A DNA stretch of 55,325 nucleotides, counting the filler, from Squatina squatina (taxonomy: Eukaryota), in the NCBI GenBank assembly GCA_031763465.1. It is 4 parts of 4 records of this genome, joined end to end, with 100 filler letters (N's around TTAATTAATTAA, not from the genome) between each part and the next. Parts side by side here need not be neighbours in the genome. Positions count along the whole stretch, not along the records: positions 1 to 14,447 come from JARFOE010000013.1; positions 14,548 to 29,314 come from JARFOE010000234.1; 2 more parts are not named here. The stretch is one strand, 5' to 3'. The notes under the pieces were generated by a model. The model was not told the DNA's origin. It worked only from the letters and a program-made list of their open reading frames with translations, and ran no database searches. The position numbers were made by a program, and so were the translations under genes. Below, one piece after another: positions 13,240 through 26,379 of the stretch. How positions within the stretch are numbered: position 1 is the first letter of the stretch; each line of letters begins with the position of its first letter.

Positions 13240-13405
13240 AGAATTTTGTTAGATGACCACCAATGCATCCACTATTTCTAGGGCCACTTCCTTTAGTACT
13301 CTATGATGCAGATTATCAAGCCCTGGGGATTTGTCGGCCTTTAGGCCCATCAATTTCCCCAGCACCACTTCCCTACTAATACTGATTTCCTTCAGTTCCT
13401 CCCTC
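13240..13405 (-). mobile_element. CR1 LINE ORF2 fragment
   Basis: ISREVVLGKLMGLKADKSPGLDNLHHRVLKEVALEIVDAL (KSPGPD motif preceding the RT domain). Confidence 0.85.
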
Positions 13406-14447
13406 TTATTTTGTGAAACGTGCATTGATATCGGAGTTTGTCTCATGATTTATGAGATGGTGGGGTTGGCATTACTGGAATCTTGTATTCCAATTAATGG
13501 AACTAAATTTGCTATACCTGTATTTGGGGGGGAAAAATACATTACCGAAGCATTACATGGTAGAAAAATAAGATTACTCAAATTGCTGGATACACCTTCG
13601 ATTCTGGTAAATAACATGCTTAAAAGGAAACTTATTCAAAATTAATATTGCTTTTGAATGATCAATGACACTGATTGGGAGTAGGATTACTGTTGAGTTC
13701 CTTTTTGTGAAACTTGCATTTATATAGTAGTTTATCACTTGATCAAAACAGGTGATCAAAGCACTATACACAAAGTATTTTTGAGCGATGACTATTACAT
13801 AGATAAGCACGATAGCCATTCTGCATCAGTAATGTCCTACAAACAGAGATGAATGACCAGTTGATCTCTCTCTTTTGGTGGTATATGTTGATGAAATAAT
13901 GTTTTGCTATACTAAGAGAACTTCCTGCTCATTTTTGAACAATGTCTTGGGAATTTTTATTAAAGAACTGTTGAACTTTGAAAGACATCAGGGGGTCATA
14001 TGACCCATGAAGACGATACCAGCTCTCTAGAAAAAGTTATGCACTTTGTCCCATTCACCTGCTTTTTTTCTCAGTTTTATATTTTTCTTAAATATTTATC
14101 CACTTTTTTTAAAGATGGTATGTATTCTGATTACATCACAATTTTTCAACACTTCCTTCTGTATTTCCTCCGACCAGGCAGCAAGCGTCCTGGTGAATCT
14201 GCGTAACACCCACTCTATTGTCTCAACCTTCGTATAGTGCGAAACTGAATGCTGCACAGGCTACTCTAACTGAGGTCTTATGAATTTATACAAGCTCCTC
14301 ATTACCTCTTGGTTTTTTCCTATACCTCTTGTGAAATTTTTTTTTAACCCAAATGATTTACCTCATAGTTACTGACATTGAATTTCATTTGTCCATTCCT
14401 CTATCTTATCCATGTTCCTTTGTTGCAGCTTTTGAAATAATTAACAC

Positions 14448-14547
14448 NNNNNNNNNNNNNNNNNNNNNNNNNNNNNNNNNNNNNNNNNNNNTTAATTAAT
14501 TAANNNNNNNNNNNNNNNNNNNNNNNNNNNNNNNNNNNNNNNNNNNN
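14448..14547. other. Artificial scaffold linker (44N-TTAATTAATTAA-44N)
   Basis: Palindromic six-frame stop cassette at 14492-14503, centred in exactly 100 positions. Confidence 0.95.
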
Positions 14548-14597
14548 GTGATTGAGACAAATTGGGTTTCAGCACGCTGCACCCGCATAGAACACAA

Positions 14598-14730
14598 TAG
14601 AGAGAGAGTCAGTGAGACAGAGAGAGTCGCACAGAGAGAGAGGAAGACACTGAGACAGAGACAGAGAGAGAAAGAGAGATACTCAGACAGAGAGAAAGAT
14701 ACACAGATAAAGACAGCGAGACAGAAAACG
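14598..14730. repeat. GA/GACA-rich simple repeat
   Basis: agagagagtcagtgagacagagagag... Confidence 0.8.
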
Positions 14731-15419
14731 AAATAGGCAGAAGATGTAATTTGTCCACAACTGAGACTGATTGGTGCCCAACTGTGGTCAGTTCTGAGAG
14801 ACCAGCCAATCATGTCACTGCAAAACGCCCCATAGCTTCCCAATAACTGAAGCCTGTCCCTGATCTGAGGATGAGCATTTAAAAATTGACACGTTATCAG
14901 ACATCGAGCCAGTGTAGGTCTGCAGGCAAAGAGGTGAAACTTGAATCCTACTTGATGCGGGTTAAATCACGAGCAGCAGAGATTTGGATGAGCTGAAATT
15001 TATAGGTAGATGGATGGACAGAGCGATAGAGAGATGTATAGATAAATAGAACAGATAACAGGCTTTACTCACTGATTGGGGCAGAATTTACCATCCCATC
15101 GGGTGCCTCGCGTGTGTACGATGCTCACACACACACGGAAGGACCCCGCAAGTTTCGGATCGAGGGCGACACTGTGCTTGGACAGGAAAAGAGCATTCCT
15201 GTGTGGAGAGTTGCGCTATTTGCCCAACTCATGCCCACAGAAATATCTTCCAATTTCTTAGGCATGGGTAAGGCTTGCTTTTACCAGCGGAAGAGTTATT
15301 ACAAATGTAAAAATAAATTAAATTACTGGGGCATTGTTTAAAAACCATGTCCATTAAGGAAAGTATATTCTTATAAATTTTAAAGACATCAGCCATGGAT
15401 TGACTGTTTAATGTTTTCC

Positions 15420-15850
15420 CAGAATGCTCGCAGGGATGGTGGACAGATGTGGAGAAACGAGAGAAGCGTAAATTGTTCTCCTTACAACAGTGAAGTATAA
15501 TGGGAGTTTCAATAAAGGTGTTTAAAATTATGAAGAATTTTGGTAAAGTAGATGCGCAATAACTGTTTACTCGTGCGGGGTGTTGATAACCACAGGACAG
15601 TACTTTAACATTATCGGCAACAATCTCAGGGAGATTAGGAGAATATTTTTAAGCAGGGAATTGCTGCAATCTAGAATGCATTGACTGAATTCCATATCTT
15701 TCAAAAAGGAATTGGAGAAATACTTGTAAAGGAAAGGTTTTCGCAGCAATGGGCAAAGCGAAAGGGAGTGGCATGAATTGGACATCCCGTTCAAAGAGCG
15801 AGCACAGACACAATGCACCGAATGGCCTCCTTCAGTGCTGTATCCTTCTA
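15420..15850 (+). mobile_element. Decayed CR1 LINE 3' end
   Basis: Homologous to 4430-4890; tail CCGAATGGCCTCCTTCAGTGCTGTATCCTTCTA. Confidence 0.75.
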
Positions 15851-15989
15851 TAACTCAATAACAAAACTTGTCATTATAGAGCATCTTGAAGGTCGTGAAT
15901 CACGAGCCATCCTGATTTTGACATAAATCGTCATTCCTTTTGTGTCTCTGTGCTAAAATGTTGGAAATCGCTCTCAAACAGCACGGTAA

Positions 15990-16120
15990 TAGCACCTTCA
16001 CCTCACGGACTGCAGTGATTCAAGTAAGCCCAGCACAACCTTCTCAAGGGCAGCTCAGGATGGGAATGAATGCTGGCCTTGCCATCAACGCCCATATCTC
16101 GAGAATAGATACAAAAAAAC
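15990..16120 (+). mobile_element. LINE/SINE 3' tail fragment; a related copy lies on - at ~44360-44478
   Basis: GGACTGCAG..TTCAAG..CCTTCTCAAGGGCAG..GGATGGG..AATGCTGGCCTTGCC, ending in an A-rich stretch. Confidence 0.65.
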
Positions 16121-16389
16121 TAAGAGAAGCAGAGTGCACAGCATAATAATTGCCACGTGAAATTTTGCTTGGTTCCTGACTTTCCTTCTTTCTTTTTCTA
16201 TTTCCTTCTTTCTCTCCTCTCTGCCACTTTCTCTCCTTCATTCCTTTTCATTTCGTCAGTTTCATTTTTGCCATATTGGAAACTTTCAACAGTTACATTG
16301 TATTTCTGCACAACTTTTTGAACATGAGGTTTGAGGTGGGTAGGGAGGGTTGAATTACCAAACAGAAATCCTATCTAGAGCAGTGTTCG

Positions 16390-17600
16390 GAACTTAGAAA
16401 CAGAAGTAGGTCATTTAGCCCCTCAAGCATGCTTCGCGATTCAATGGGGTCATTCTTTATCTGCGACCTAACTACATTTACTCGCCTTTGACCCATATCC
16501 CTTCATTACTTTGGTGAGCAAAAGTCTATCAATCTCAGGTTTAAAATTAAGAGTTGACCGAACATCAATTGTGGAAGAGAGTTCCAAGATTCTACCAAAC
16601 ATTGCGGGTAGCAGTGTCCCAATTTCACTTCTGAAAGACCTAGCTCTAATTTTTAGGTGAAGTATCCTAGTCCTAGATTCAACAACCAGCGGAAATAGTT
16701 CCGCTCTAATTACCCTATCAGTTCTCCGTTCTATATTGGAAAATTCGATCAAACCATACAATAAACTTATAAATTCCTGGGAGATTGCGTAATCTCTCTT
16801 CCTAACGTAACCTTTAAATTCCAGGAAACATGCTGGGAAACCTACGCTGCATCTCTCCAAGGCCATCCGAAGCTGAGGTTCCCAGAACTGTTCACAGTAC
16901 GCCAGGTGTGGTCTCACCAGGGGTTTATAAGCTGCAGCATAAATTCTCCCCTCATATATTCTGGTCCTCTAGATATAACTGCCAGCATTCCATTAACCTT
17001 TTTGATCATATCCTGCAACTGTTTATGACATTTTAATGATCTTTGGGCCGTGATCGCCAAGTATCTTTGGACCTCCACTGTTTCTTGCTTTTCACTATTT
17101 AGAAATAACTCTGTTCTATTCTATCTAGGTTCAAATTGGATGACCCCAAATTTGCCCATATTGAAATCAATGTTCCACAATTTTGCCCATTTACTTAATC
17201 TTTTAATGTCGCCTTGTATCTTTATGCTTCCATCTATACTGGTTACGATGCCAACTATCCTTGTGTTACTGGTAAACGTCGATGTGTTGTTTTCTATCCC
17301 ATCATGTGGGGCGTTAATACATATGGTGAATAGTTGAGACTCCAACACAGATCCCTGCAGGACACCACTAGTCACGTTCTACTATTTGGAGAACCTGCCC
17401 TTTATACCTATTCTGCCTCCTTCCTTTCCAGCAATTTCCTGACTAGGTCAGTAATTTGCCTTTACTTCCGTGATCTTGAAGTTTACCTAGCTGTCCGATG
17501 AGGGGTTTCATCGAATGCCTTCTGGAATTCCATTTAAATAACATCCGTAGACAACCGCTGCCCATTACTTTAGTCACAACTTCAAACAATTCAATGAGGA
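16390..17600 (-). mobile_element. CR1 LINE RT/3' region, decayed
   Basis: TSGVLQGSVLESQLFTICIN (GVPQGS motif), RPHLAYCEQFW; CR1 tail at ~16390-16450. Confidence 0.88.
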
Positions 17601-17689
17601 TGGCCGAGACTGCAGTTGGTCTCCCTAATCTGGAGAAGACCACATCGTGAGCTGAGAATACAGTATTCCAAATTAAATGATGTACAAAA

Positions 17690-19115
17690 AAAACTTGCTG
17701 TCTCACATGGAAGGATTGTCTGTGTCCCCAGACTTGGGAAGGGAGGATGAAAAAGGGCCGGTGTTGCATCTACTGTACTTGCACGGGAAGATGCCATGGG
17801 AAGTGAAAGAGTTGCTCAGGGTGATAGAGGTGTGGAGCAGGGCGTCGCAAAGGGCACAGTCCACTCAGAATGCTGAAAGGGGTGGGGAGGGAAAGATGTG
17901 TTTAGTAGTGGGATCATGCTGGAGATGGCGGCAATGGCGGTGGACGGCATGTGGAGGCTCGTGGAGTGAAAGGTAAGGACAAGGAGAACTCTCTCGTGGT
18001 TGTGGGGGAGAAGAGAAGGGTTGAGAGCAGAAGTGCGGGAAATAGCACGTACACATCAACCACAGTAAAGGGGAATCCTCAGTTGAGGAAATAGAAAGCC
18101 ATGTCAGAAGCAATCGTGTGGTTGGTGACGTCGTCAGAACAGATGCGATCGAGGTGGAGGAACCAGGAGAATGTATTGGTATCTTTACAGGAAGCAGGGT
18201 GCAGGGAAGTGTAGTCCAGGTAGCTGTGGGAGTCAGTGGGCTTACAGCAGATTTTTTTTCTGGAGCCTATCCTCTAAAATGGAGAGGGAGATGTCGAGGA
18301 AGGGAAGGGAAGTGTCGGAGATGGACCATGCGAAGGTGAGCCAAGGGTGGAAATTGGAGGCAGTGTGAATGAAATTAATAAGTTCAGGGTGAGAGCGGGA
18401 TACAGCACCGACAAAGCCATCAATGGACCAGAAAAGGAGATTAAGGAGGTAACCTGAATAGGACTAGAACAAAGAAAGTCCCACGAAAAGGCAGGCATGG
18501 ATAGGAACTATGCGGGTTCCAATAGCAACTCCTTTAATTTGGAGGAAGTGAGTGGAGTCAAAGTGAGGAGGAGATGGTTGGTTCCAGGAAACAGGAAACG
18601 GCTAAATTGCCAGAGTCATTGGAAGAGTCGCACATGTAGCTGGGAAGAGACTGGGCAGGGAAGAAAAAATAGAGTTGAGATAGGAAGAGATCAGTTCCAT
18701 GGGGCAAGAACAGGCTGAAACGATAGTTCTCCCAGGGCAGTCCTATTTGTGGATTTTGGGAAGCAGGTAGAAGTGGGCTGTGCAGTGTTGTGGAACTATG
18801 AGATTGGCAGCCGTGGAGGGAAGAAAGTCAGAGGAGATGAGGTCAGTGATGATCTGAGAGATGATGGCTTGATGTTAGCTGGTGCGGTCATGGTCCAGGC
18901 GGAATAGGTGGAGGTGTCTGAGAGTTGGCCTTTGGCCACTAGAAGGTAGAGGTCAGTGCGCCCAACAACAACAGCACCACCCTTGTCAGCATGCTTGATG
19001 ACAATGTTGGTGATGGACCTGAGAGTGCGAAGTGCTGCGAGTTCAGAGGGTGGTCGGTCAGAGTGAGTGAGGGGAGCAGGGAAATTAAGACGGCCGATGG
19101 CACATCGGCAGTTGA
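17690..19115 (-). mobile_element. Penelope-like retroelement (RT plus linker), decayed
   Basis: Minus-strand NIVIKHADKGGAVVV (~18960-19010), FYLLPKIHK*DCPGRTIVSACSCP (~18700-18780) and LQHDPTTKHIFPSPPLSAF (~17865-17925). Confidence 0.85.
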
Positions 19116-19566
19116 NNNNNNNNNNNNNNNNNNNNNNNNNNNNNNNNNNNNNNNNNNNNNNNNNNNNNNNNNNNNNNNNNNNNNNNNNNNNNNNNNNNNN
19201 NNNNNNNNNNNNNNNCAGAACTATTGGGTACAGAACTTACAGGGGTCTGTCTGTAAGTTCCTGATTTGATTTTGTTTTTAAGTTCAGTGTATATGTGTTA
19301 GTTGTAAACTGCTCTGATGGCCAAATTTGAATAAAACTAGAATGCTGAATTAATCCTCATTTCATAGCTAGCTGCAGATATCATGCATGGCCCATTGCAT
19401 ATTGTACCATCAGCAACTAAAAGCATTTTTGATCTAGTTCTGTACTTTTCTTAAGTCTCCTCTATTAACCAAGATAATCTTATTCTTTAGCCTTATGCTT
19501 AAAGGTTATTTTTATTAAGGTAATCAAATTTCCAAATTTTAAATGTATAACAATTGATTTATGCAG

Positions 19567-19724
19567 GATTATCTTTGTTTTTCACAAGAACGGACATCAG
19601 AGCTATAAAGCTAAAGTCAAACCACCTCGACTGAATGGGCTAAAAACTGGAGTCTTTTCTACAAGAAGTCCTCATCGTCCCAATGCAATAGGTTTAACAC
19701 TGGCAAAGCTGGAGCGGATAGACG
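19567..19724 (+). CDS. TRMO: tRNA methyltransferase O (TsaA/TrmO domain), internal exon
   Basis: atgcag acceptor and gtaaat donor, 158 nt; IIFVFHKNGHQSYKAKVKPPRLNGLKTGVFSTRSPHRPNAIGLTLAKLERIDG (TrmO signature GVFSTRSPHRPN); not in the ORF track. Confidence 0.95.
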
Positions 19725-21211
19725 GTAAATTGCTTCAAAATGCTCAAGGAGGGGAGGGGAGGGGAGGGGGTGGGGTGGCGAAAGGCAACTTTGATCGAAA
19801 CAGGAAAAGTAGAAGTCCGTGTAGGAATCCAGGTATTGTTTCCTTGTATGAAGTTGGAATTAATTTAAACAAAAGGGGCAGTATTACAACTTCATAGTCT
19901 CTGGCGGTGGAACTTTGCCCAATGGGAGCACATATCCAGTATGACCATCTGCAATTTTCACTCCTGAAAATGAATAGGCAAAAAATCGCAAGGGCCGTGA
20001 ACCCAATATGTCCTCCAACAGTTTAAGCTCTGCAGCGGGAGTGTGAATTGAAAAATTTAAATGAAGGCCACAAGTTAAAATGGAGCCCGGGCCTCTTTGT
20101 GGCACTGCCATGCTAGTTTATCACCTCCCCTGTCCCCCAACACCATTCACTCATCTGGAGTTAAAATTGAGTCTTTAGTTCATAATTCTGACAATACTAA
20201 GTGGGAGAATGAAAAAAAACCAAAGACTGTCAATTTGGGCCATTTTGTGCATATTTAATAAAGTCCACTTACAGAGTGTCACTGACAAATAGCTGCCTGG
20301 AGTCATGATTAAGGAGTGGACAATGAAATGGGGAAACTAAAGAAGTGAATGAGTAACTTAAGAATGGGTAGCATGAGGTAGCACAACATAGCACATCAGA
20401 GTGAATGAGAACACTGACATTATTTTCCACATTGTCAAATCCTTGTACTCCACATACCCATCTCCTAAATCCACGTCAGCAATTGAACTGTCATCTACCA
20501 GCCTTTGGTCTACATCATAACATTAAGGGGCCAAAATTGATATTGTCTCAGCGCCTCATTCTCACCTATCGTAGGCGCTCCCAGGGCGCTAAGCGTTTTT
20601 NNNNNNNNNNNNNNNNNNNNNNNNNNNNNNNNNNNNNNNNNNNNNNNNNNNNNNNNNNNNNNNNNNNNNNNNNNNNNNNNNNNNNNNNNNNNNNNNNNNN
20701 NNNNNNNNNNNNNNNNNNNNNNNNNNNNNNNNNNNNNNNNNNNNNNNNNNNNNNNNNNNNNNNNNNNNNNNNNNNNNNNNNNNNNNNNNNNNNNNNNNNN
20801 NNNNNNNNNNNNNNNNNNNNNNNNNNNNNNNNNNNNNNNNNNNNNNNNNNNNNNNNNNNNNNNNNNNNNNNNNNNNNNNNNNNNNNNNNNNNNNNNNNNN
20901 NNNNNNNNNNNNNNNNNNNNNNNNNNNNNNNNNNNNNNNNNNNNNNNNNNNNNNNNNNNNNNNNNNNNNNNNNNNNNNNNNNNNNNNNNNNNNNNNNNNN
21001 NNNNNNNNNNNNNNNNNNNNNNNNNNNNNNNNNNNNNNNNNNNNNNNNNNNNNNNNNNNNNNNNNNNNNNNNNNNNNNNNNNNNNNNNNNNNNNNNNNNN
21101 NNNNNNNNNNNNNNNNNNNNNNNNNNNNNNNNNNNNNNNNNNNNNNNNNNNNNNNNNNNNNNNNNNNNNNNNNNNNNNNNNNNNNNNNNNNNNNNNNNNN
21201 NNNNNNNNNNN

Positions 21212-21380
21212 NTGAGTATATTCAAGGCTAAGATAGATAGATTTTTGGACTCCAGGGAAATCGAGAGATATGGGGATCAGGCGGGAAAGTGGAGTTGAGG
21301 TCGAAGATCAGCCATGATCTTATTGAGTGGCAGAGCAGGGTCAAGGGGCCGTATGGTCTACTCCTGATCCTAATTCTTAT
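21212..21380 (+). mobile_element. CR1/HER1 3' tail
   Basis: SIFKAKIDRFLDSREIERYGDQAGKWS, then GGGGCCGTATGGTCTACTCCTGATCCTAATTCTTAT. Confidence 0.8.
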
Positions 21381-21597
21381 CTTTAATTTGCCATGGTTTT
21401 GCTCAGCCTTGAAGCTTGTTTATAATCATTATTTTAATATATTATAATTGTATTCATCAAAGATAGATAACCAATAGATTCAATCTTTGAATTTTAAGCA
21501 TGTTGATAATCATGGTAACTTAATGCGTAATATTGAATGTACAAGATGTTTTTTCGTGTTTGACTTTTGTGTGTAATTTATTTCCCTAACCTTTAAG

Positions 21598-21927
21598 GTG
21601 ACACCATTTATCTTTCGGGAATTGACATGATACAAGGAACGCCAGTACTGGACATTAAGCCATATATTCCAGATTATGACACACCTAAGGTTGTCCCACC
21701 AAGTAACAGAAATGACAGTCAATTGCATCAAGAGATTCTTGTGCCAGATGAGCAGTGCCAAGGTGTAGCCATTCCAATTACTGGGGCGGTAACTGCGGCG
21801 AGTGGGGATAAGAAACCAGCCCACGTAAAGGTGGCATCAGAGACAGCAGCCGATTGTTTTACTGATTGGGTGCAACACCCTCCCAAAGATAGCACGCACC
21901 CATTTAGAAAGACAGACAGCGATGTTC
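21598..21927 (+). CDS. TRMO: TRMO next exon, truncated by a gap
   Basis: ctttaag acceptor, phase-compatible with the previous exon; GDTIYLSGIDMIQGTPVLDIKPYIPDYD. Confidence 0.93.
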
Positions 21928-22027
21928 NNNNNNNNNNNNNNNNNNNNNNNNNNNNNNNNNNNNNNNNNNNNNNNNNNNNNNNNNNNNNNNNNNNNNNNNN
22001 NNNNNNNNNNNNNNNNNNNNNNNNNNN

Positions 22028-23069
22028 CCCGCTGCTGTTATAGTGCCGCAGAGGTGGGAACTGGCCAGGAGAGATTCTTCCAAAGGGGTCCATGGACTCG
22101 CTGCGTGCGGAGGAGGAAGCAACGGGGAAGCGGCTAGAGGCGCCATACACTTGGCTATTGCCTAAACAGTAAGTCGATTGGTCCGTAGGGAGTGGATTAA
22201 ACCCTGTGTAGGCATAGGGCACGGTGTTGGAAGACCTAGAAAGCATTGCTCCGTTGCAGGCCTGAGCCTGGTAGGCTGTCCCTCCAAAGTTGGTAAAACC
22301 AGGACTCACATCTGAGGGAAAGGTGCTCGGGGGCTGCTGGGCCAAGTCTGTCCCTGAACCCAGGCCACCGCGCTGCTCTATCAGATTGTTGAAACTAAAC
22401 ATCCTTGGCTGGCTATTGTTGAATGCGGAGGGCGATGGCGGGTAATGGGCAGCGGGATGGGGAGGAAGCTGTTGAGGATAGTTGGAACTGATGGTCATAT
22501 TGGCGTACATTGGCCGGGTGTACGGTCTGCTTACTTGCACTGGGCTGAAGACGCTGGATTCGTGCATGTAGGTAGGGTAGGTGTTAATATCCGACCTCTT
22601 GAACCTCTTTCTCCTTCTCAAGAAGCTGCCACTCTCGAACATGTCGTCGGCCGCTGGATCCAGTGCCCAGTAATTGCCCTTTCCCGGGCGCCCTGGCTCT
22701 CGGGGAATCTTAATGAAGCAGTCATTGAGGGTAAGATTGTGCCTGATGGAGTTCTGCCATTTCTTGGAGTTCTCCCGGTAGAAGGGGAATCGTTCTATGA
22801 TGAACCTGTAGATCCCGCCCAAGGTGAGCTTTTTGTCCAGGGAGTTGGCGATGGCCATGGCGATGAGCGCGATGTAGCTGTAGGGAGGTTTGCCGTGTTG
22901 GACCGGCCGCTTGCGCCTCCTTCCCCGAGAAAGCTCCCCATGGCAGGGCGCGGAGTTCGCAGTGACAGCGANNNNNNNNNNGGGGTTCCTTCTCCACTTT
23001 CACCACCAGCTGGTTACTGTTGACCACACAGGAGGCTTGGGAGGGCGATTGCTGGCTCTCGGCGGTCAT
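22028..23069 (-). CDS. FOXE1: Forkhead box E1 (TTF-2), single-exon CDS; 3' end in a gap, 10-N gap at 22972-22981
   Basis: MTAESQQ...[31 protein letters not shown]...[54 protein letters not shown]; convergent with TRMO as in human. Confidence 0.92.
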
Positions 23070-23499
23070 TCCGACAACATCAAGCCTACCACATTGAAAG
23101 AGGACAGGAATAAAGCCAGGGCTCTCCCGCGGGCAGCAGTGGAATGCGCCTCCTAGACCTTGCCTCCTTCGCAGCCAGGTGCTGTTCTGCTGTGCTGGTG
23201 ACGTGTGTTGATCTGAAGTTTCATTCCAAGCACCAGTCACACCCACGGAAGGACAGGGCTCGTCATCTAAATAAGCACACCTATCAACATAGCCCGTATC
23301 AAGGGACCTGTTGTGGAGATTACAGATCGGGATGTTTAATATCAATCTCAGAACATTTCGGCAAGATAATCTCCAATTGCCCCGCAGGTTCTTATAACTG
23401 GCATATTGGATTTACAATGCAGTTCAAGTTGCCTTCTGTCGAAATAATGCATCTAGTATCTTTTTTAACGGGTACAGATCTCACCGGTTATGCTACATA

Positions 23500-23643
23500 T
23501 AAAGGGGAAAAAAAACATTTGCAGGTCGATGGGTCAAGAGGAGGGTTGGGGGAGGGAGAGTGGGACTGATTGAACAGTTCTTTCAAAGAATCGGTACAGG
23601 CACAATGGGCTGAATGGCCTCCTTCTGTGCTGTATGATTCTAT
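23500..23643 (+). mobile_element. CR1/HE1-type 3' tail about 430 bp upstream of the FOXE1 ATG
   Basis: GGGCTGAATGGCCTCCTTCTGTGCTGTATGATTCTATA. Confidence 0.75.
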
Positions 23644-26379
23644 AAAATCTTAGGAAAGCTTGATCGCTTCGAAGAGTGTTTCGAGTTAGTTTCGAATTTA
23701 TTTTTCAGATTGCTTAAAATAAATGCGTTTAAAAATAAGGAACTGGGGTGAACGGGGACGGTCCAGTTATTGGGTTTGAACACGGGCTGGTTTAAACCAT
23801 TGCACACTCCCCCCGTAAACAATCACATCGCCCTGTAATCACAATCCTACGTGTACAGCGTGTTAAACATTGCAATATTCCCCACTGATAAAGCACTCGA
23901 TGCAAAATGTCATTTAAACAAGTTTGCAACTTTTAAACCTCGGCGAGTTTAAGAACACCTCCCACTATTTAAAGAGTCTCATATTATTCCAACAGATGCA
24001 GGTTTCCATTTGTTTGAATTTGAAAGGAATGAGTTAAATACAATGCGATCAGGATTCTGCACTCGAAGTATTAATCTCGCTTGTCTCTTTCCAGATGTTC
24101 TGTGTTTCTGGCATATTCTACTTTAATTTCAAACAAAACGTTTGAATTTTTACCTACTGCAATACTCCCGCGGTAAGGTGATATTAATCATGAATAAATA
24201 TATATATATATATAATTTTACCATTAACAAGTGGTGAGTTTTACTGACACTCATAAACTAACTGGTTAAATGCTCACCCGTCAAAATGAAGCACAAAGAT
24301 CCCTGAAATGCCAGGAGTCCTGGCTCAGTGAAGGGGAGAGGATCTTTATAATAATGAGCTGGATGGATATTGTATTAAAAAGCTATTTTTAAAAATGACC
24401 AATGAAGGGCATGCTTTGTTGATCTGATAGCTGTGACATTTCTCGAGGCTCCCAGTACGAACATTTNNNNNNNNNNNNNNNNNNNNNNNNNNNNNNNNNN
24501 NNNNNNNNNNNNNNNNNNNNNNNNNNNNNNNNNNNNNNNNNNNNNNNNNNNNNNNNNNNNNNNNNNTTTTCAATTCTATCCCTCTAGAAATAAACCCTAT
24601 TGCTTGGTTTGCTTTTGTTATGGCCTGATTTGCACAGCAAATTTTAATGATTAGTGTATTTGTACACCCAGATCCCTTTGCTTCTCTGCCCCATTTAGCT
24701 TCTTATTTTCCAAGTAATAATTTAAAAAAACTAAAAAAGCTAACAATTATATTTACATCATAAATGTGATTGTGCTACCATGACGTTAAAGGTATTTCAC
24801 TTGTCAGTACATTAAAACTCTTGTAATTTTGGGAAAATTCAGATTAGCATCACGCTGCATGTAGGAATGCACAAAGTTCTGTGTTGTCAAGGAGATGAAT
24901 GGCACTGCATAATTAATGAGTATACAAGGTTATGTATTGCTATGTTAACTGGTTTGGAAATCATTACTTCTGTGCTGCAATTTTGCTTTACACTGAATTA
25001 TACTATTGTGCACTATGCCAGTCCAGGGACTTGATTTTATGAATGTGCATGACTGGCAAGGTGCTTTGACCACTAGCTTGCTGCTCACACTGTTTCCGAA
25101 AGGCACCATGGGCTGGTGAGGCTTACATACATAAACATCAGTCCTTCGATCTCTACTTAACTCATTTGTACTTCAAGCAGTACTTAATATATCCTGGCTG
25201 AATCCACCTTGCAAATGATGTCTGAAACAGTTTCATTGCAAGGCTGGGTGGGGCCCTTTGTTGTCAAGTCAAATAAATGATCCTCTAACTATGATAAAAT
25301 TCCTAACCAAGGAACTATTTTGGATGTTCATTTTTTGCCCTCNNNNNNNNNNNNNNNNNNNNNNNNNNNNNNNNNNNNNNNNNNNNNNNNNNNNNNNNNN
25401 NNNNNNNNNNNNNNNNNNNNNNNNNNNNNNNNNNNNNNNNNNAATTGAATGGCGGAGCGGGCTCGACGGGCCGAATGGCCTACTCCTGCTCCTACTTCTT
25501 ATGGTCTTATGGTCTAATCTCTTTAAACACGTCACTCATCCCTGGTACCTTTCTAATAAATCTCTTCTGAACCCTCTCCAAGGCCTTGATATCCTTCCTA
25601 AAGTGTGGTGCCCAGATGGAAGTATTTCCATTATATTATATACACAGCAACAGATACACCAACAAGGCACAAAATGTTGCAAAAATGCTTTCTTACTGTA
25701 CTCAAATGATTTAAAGCAGAAAATTGTATTATTTAACAGTCAAACTGTCTGGCTCTCAAACATGGTTGCTTATTCATCAGAGCAAGAACTTTCATTGAAA
25801 TCTCCTGTAGCCAGAATTCCAGTCTTGGCAATATGGGGTAGGCTCATCCAGCTGAGCTGGCAAAGAAGTGACAAGCGGAGTTATACTGAGGTAGAAAGAA
25901 CTTACAAATAAACTGAATGAGGGAAATACTCGCTTGCTGTGAAGTGAGGTAGCTGCCTGGACTGTGTGGCAGGCCTAAACCTTCAGCTCAAGAGAGAGCC
26001 CCATATTTGACCACAGCTTTGAGAAGGGACACCATTTGGCTTCAAACCAAGTTTTGCTTCATTTTAACGCATGTTGAAATGATTTGACAGGTCGGTTTCA
26101 GAAAATGTTTGTACTGGTGAAAGGTATTTGTTGTAATCTGATTTATATTTTTTTATTTGCTTATGTATATCTTTGTTCATCACAAGTTAGATTTAAGTCA
26201 CCTTTAAAGCCATTTCGTTAATGTTAACCCTAATCTAAGATACCCAGTTGCTTCAATGGATGGAGAGCAACCTCACGCACCAAGTTTAATTACATCCAAT
26301 CAAACGATTGAAAATACTGACTGACCGTCAGATTTTGTATGCTAACACTTTTCAATAGTATTTTTTTCAATTCACTAAG

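Noticed and set aside
14492-14503. TTAATTAATTAA palindrome recurring three times, as a possible biological motif
   Set aside because: Always centred in 44+44 N, so it is a synthetic six-frame stop linker
14765-14845. Cluster of CCAAT-like boxes as a promoter
   Set aside because: No associated exon or CpG island is visible, and short motifs like this are expected by chance
21728-22027. FOXE1 ORF appearing to overlap TRMO antisense
   Set aside because: Read-through of a 100-N gap; the real FOXE1 stop is in missing sequence
22972-22981. Apparent FOXE1 frameshift
   Set aside because: Coincides with a 10-N placeholder gap of unknown true length
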